This document shows positions 41,016 to 43,833 of a stretch of DNA of 43,833 nt, piece by piece; positions within the stretch are counted from its first letter, which is position 1; each line of letters starts with the position of its first letter. The stretch lies in NCBI GenBank assembly GCA_964244695.1, contig CAXTJZ010000001.1, positions 1 through 43,833 on the forward strand, written 5' to 3'. The notes under the pieces were generated by a model, which saw only the letters and a program-made list of their open reading frames with translations, was not told the origin of the DNA and did no database searches. The translations under genes and the position numbers were made by a program. The DNA is from an uncultured Acetobacteraceae bacterium. Its GTDB lineage: Bacteria > Pseudomonadota > Alphaproteobacteria > Acetobacterales > Acetobacteraceae.

Positions 41016-41992
41016 GGCGCGGCCTGATCGCTTCGGCCGGCGTGGTCGTGGTTGCGCTGGCCTGTGCCGCGGTGTTCGGCAAGCCGATCATCGGGCCCTA
41101 TCTGGCGGCGTGGCTGGTGTTCCTGTCCCTGCCTGTCGGTGCTTTGCCGCTGGTGCTGGGGTCCGAGCTGGCCGGGCGGGGCGGCTCTGCGCAGAACGGA
41201 TATTTGCGCTGGATGCTGGTGCTTATGCCGGCTGCAGCCTTTCTAGGATTGCCCGTTCTGCTTGCCACGCACGCGCTCTATCCCTGGGCTGCGCATCAGG
41301 GACATGGCTTTGCCGGCGCGTGGTTCACGCCGGTGTGGTTCGCGGTGCGCGGCGTGATCTATCTGGCCGTGTGGACCTGGCTTTGCCTCTCTGCGCTGCG
41401 GCCGCCTGAGACGCGGGTTCGTGCCGGCCTTTGTAGCTTCGGTCTGGTGCTGCACGTGGGGATTGGCACGCTGGCCGCAGCCGACTGGGTGACGTCGCTG
41501 TCACCCGGGCTGAACGCTGCCGGATTTGGACTTCTGTTCATGACCGTCCAGGCCGGGATAGCCCTTTCTGCCGGCCTGCTTCTGGCGCGCATGCCGCCGC
41601 CAGGCGCGCCTGTGCTGCTGGTTCTGGCTGCCGGGTTATGGGCGTTCCTGCACGCGACCCAGTATCTGGTCATCTGGTCCGCCGACAAGCCGGCGGAGAT
41701 TGTCTGGTACTTGCATCGCGAAAATGCGCTTGGTGTTGCGGCGGTCTGGCTGGGTGTGGCCGGCTTTGCTGCCAGCTTGGCTCTGCTTGGTTTGGGTAAT
41801 TTGCGCCGTTTTGTCATGGCTGCCGCAGTGCTGCTTCTCGTGGCCCATGTCGTCGAGATATTCTGGTTCGTTACGCCGTCGCTAAGAGGATCTTTCACCA
41901 TCTCCTTGTTCGATGTTGCCGTCATCGCCGGCTTGGCGGGCCTGACCTGGGTCAGTGTACGGGCCTGGCGGCCCGCGCAGGTGCCGGCATGA
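41012..41992 (+). CDS. actF: alternative complex III ActF-like membrane subunit
   Basis: LYPW, AA.DW..SL.P, QYLVIW....P.EI.WY..R. GTGA overlap with actE. Confidence 0.8.
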   Translation: MRRGLIASAGVVVVALACAAVFGKPIIGPYLAAWLVFLSLPVGALPLVLGSELAGRGGSAQNGYLRWMLVLMPAAAFLGLPVLLATHALYPWAAHQGHGFAGAWFTPVWFAVRGVIYLAVWTWLCLSALRPPETRVRAGLCSFGLVLHVGIGTLAAADWVTSLSPGLNAAGFGLLFMTVQAGIALSAGLLLARMPPPGAPVLLVLAAGLWAFLHATQYLVIWSADKPAEIVWYLHRENALGVAAVWLGVAGFAASLALLGLGNLRRFVMAAAVLLLVAHVVEIFWFVTPSLRGSFTISLFDVAVIAGLAGLTWVSVRAWRPAQVPA

Positions 41993-42543
41993 GATACGCT
42001 GATCGTGCCCGTGGCGTCGCGTCTTTTCTTGCCGGCGCGGCGACCGCTCTTGCGGGCGCCCGGCTGCTGGCGCCCGGCCGGCCGGGCGCTGCGGAACGGG
42101 ATCCGTTTGGCCCCGAGACGGGGCGCGGTGCGAGCCAGGGTGCGCCTGCCGCGGCCTCGCTGGCCGCCGGCTACGAGACGGACGACGCCAATGCGCGTCA
42201 GCTCGGCTGGATCATGATCCTCTTCGCCGGCTCCGCGCTGTCTGGCATCGCGTTGATGGTGGTGCTTCTCAACGTGTGGCATCATCGCGACGCCGCGCGA
42301 GAGGTCGGGCTGACCGCCGTGCAACGCGCGCAATCCGAGCCGCCACTGCCGCATCTGCAGGCTGATCCGACCGGCGAGCTGGCCGTGCTGCAAGCCAACC
42401 AGAACAAACTTCTCCTGGGCTATGCCATGCTGGATGCCGAGACCGCCCGCATCCCGATCGGCCGCGCCATGGCGCTGGTGACCGGGCAGTCTCTCGACGC
42501 GCACGCGGCACCCGAGAAGCAGGCGAGGGAGCACGCGCAATGA
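41989..42543 (+). CDS. ActG-like single-TM protein
   Basis: GYET.D, TM segment, PP.P.LQ.DP, RIPI.RAM. Located between actF and coxB. Confidence 0.7.
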   Translation: MRYADRARGVASFLAGAATALAGARLLAPGRPGAAERDPFGPETGRGASQGAPAAASLAAGYETDDANARQLGWIMILFAGSALSGIALMVVLLNVWHHRDAAREVGLTAVQRAQSEPPLPHLQADPTGELAVLQANQNKLLLGYAMLDAETARIPIGRAMALVTGQSLDAHAAPEKQAREHAQ

Positions 42544-43499
42544 GCGGCCCGGTCAGCCCGGCCGATTACCCGTTGCTGCTTTGGCCCGCTGCCGCGTCCA
42601 ACGCCGCGACTCACGTGGACTACCTCATCAGCGCGTTCACCGCGGTGACGCTGCTGCTTACCGTGCCTATCTTCATCGGCATCACCTGGTTCGCCCTCAT
42701 CTATCGCGCGAATCGGAAAGTGGACCGCGGCAACCCGTCCGATCGCAACGTGATGGTCGAGATGTCCTGGATGCTGATTCCGTTTTTCCTCACACTCGGC
42801 TTCTTTGCCTGGGGCGCCCAGCTGTTTGATGTGGCCAAGCATCCGCCGGCCAACGCTATGGTTATCCAGGGTATCGGGCGGCAATGGATGTGGAAGTTCC
42901 AGCATCCCGGCGGACAGGCGGAAATCAATGACCTGCATGTGCCGACCGGCCAGCCCGTGCTGATCAACATGATCAGCCAGGACGTGATACATTCCCTGTA
43001 TTTGCCGGCTTTCCGCGTGCAGATGGAAACCTTGCCAGGCCGCTACACGCAAGTCTGGTTCACCGCGGACCGGCCTGGCGCCTACAGGCTATATTGCTCG
43101 GAGTATTGCGGCACCGACCACTCGGTGATGGACGGCGAGATCTTCGTGATGAAGCCGGGTGATTACGAGCATTGGCTGAACCAGGCCGGCTCCACGCAAT
43201 CCCTGGCGGCCAACGGCAAGCGGCTGTTCGCCAACTATGGCTGCACGGGATGCCATGGTGCTGCAGCGACGGTGCGTGCGCCTTCCTTGGCCGGGCTTTA
43301 CGAGAAGCCGGTGCCTATGGCCGATGGCGGCACGCTGATCGCTGACGACACGTATCTGCGCGACAAGATACTCAATCCGGATCATGATTTGATCGCGGGG
43401 TATAAGCAGGTGATGCCCAGCTTCAACGGGATCATTCCGGAAGAGGAGCTGATCCAGCTTATCGCTTACATCAAGTCGGATCAGGAGCCGGTTCGGTGA
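42540..43499 (+). CDS. coxB: cytochrome c oxidase subunit II with C-terminal cytochrome c (caa3 type)
   Basis: QWMWKF, DVIHS, CuA motif CSEYCGTDHSVM, heme motif CTGCH and distal MP. Confidence 0.93.
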   Translation: MSGPVSPADYPLLLWPAAASNAATHVDYLISAFTAVTLLLTVPIFIGITWFALIYRANRKVDRGNPSDRNVMVEMSWMLIPFFLTLGFFAWGAQLFDVAKHPPANAMVIQGIGRQWMWKFQHPGGQAEINDLHVPTGQPVLINMISQDVIHSLYLPAFRVQMETLPGRYTQVWFTADRPGAYRLYCSEYCGTDHSVMDGEIFVMKPGDYEHWLNQAGSTQSLAANGKRLFANYGCTGCHGAAATVRAPSLAGLYEKPVPMADGGTLIADDTYLRDKILNPDHDLIAGYKQVMPSFNGIIPEEELIQLIAYIKSDQEPVR

Positions 43500-43556
43500 G
43501 GGAAGAAAGCAAGGCCTTCTTTTTTGAAAAAAGGAAGCAAAACACTTTTGCTCCTG
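43497..43556. repeat. palindromic element, single arm between coxB and coxA
   Basis: AAGCAAGGCCTTCTTTTTTGAAAAAAGGAAGCAAAACACTTTTGCTCC. Confidence 0.88.
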
Positions 43557-43635
43557 GTGCTGGCTTGAGCGGGCATTTCGAACCTGTGGCCGGCGTGCTT
43601 GCATTGATGTGCATCTTTTCTTTGGAGCGCCGGAC

Positions 43636-43833
43636 ATGAGCCCCTTGGATACGGTTCTTCGCGATCCGGACACACCCCGCGTTACCCTAGACCGGCCGGC
43701 GGATTACCTGCACGCCCAGCACACGCTGCGAAGCTGGTTCTTCACCACGGACCACAAGCGCATCGCGCTGATGTACCTCGCCTCCATCACCGGCTTCTTC
43801 ATCCTGGGCGCTATTGCCGCAGGCTTGGTGCGG
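43636..43833 (+). CDS. coxA: cytochrome c oxidase subunit I, N-terminal part (runs off the window)
   Basis: Manual translation MSPLDTV...SWFFTTDHKRIALMYL. GGAG SD at 43624. Confidence 0.88.
   Translation, partial: MSPLDTVLRDPDTPRVTLDRPADYLHAQHTLRSWFFTTDHKRIALMYLASITGFFILGAIAAGLVR

Overview
GC-rich alphaproteobacterial chromosome segment. Gene content and style suggest Acetobacteraceae, which is an inference. It carries a tripartite RND efflux operon, an aldo/keto reductase, purQ-purL-bolA-grxD, a TetR/GFA/DUF2852-like cluster, and a radical SAM plus polytopic membrane protein pair. Next come NDH-2, recF-gyrB, a Rid protein, a CHAP protein, hrcA-(orphan)-grpE, an hldE-like gene, a frameshifted signal peptidase I and a GNAT/C-N hydrolase/SnoaL operon. 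The window ends with a UbiA-DprE1-like-GT87 operon and an alternative complex III (act) cluster running into caa3-type oxidase genes. The most striking signal is non-coding: about 20 full, half or decayed copies of one AT-rich palindromic element, roughly one per 2-2.5 kb. A full copy has two inverted arms (AAGCAAG-GCC/CAG-TTCTTTTTTGAAAAAAAGAA-G/C-CAAAAAACTTTT), each itself a hairpin with compensatory changes, around one of several spacer types. Copies abut stop codons and often end in GTAA/TTAC. Two sit in frame in the signal-peptide regions of an efflux MFP and ActE, and others supply protein termini or a ribosome-binding site. No transposase is in the window. All product calls come from motif recognition, not database searches.
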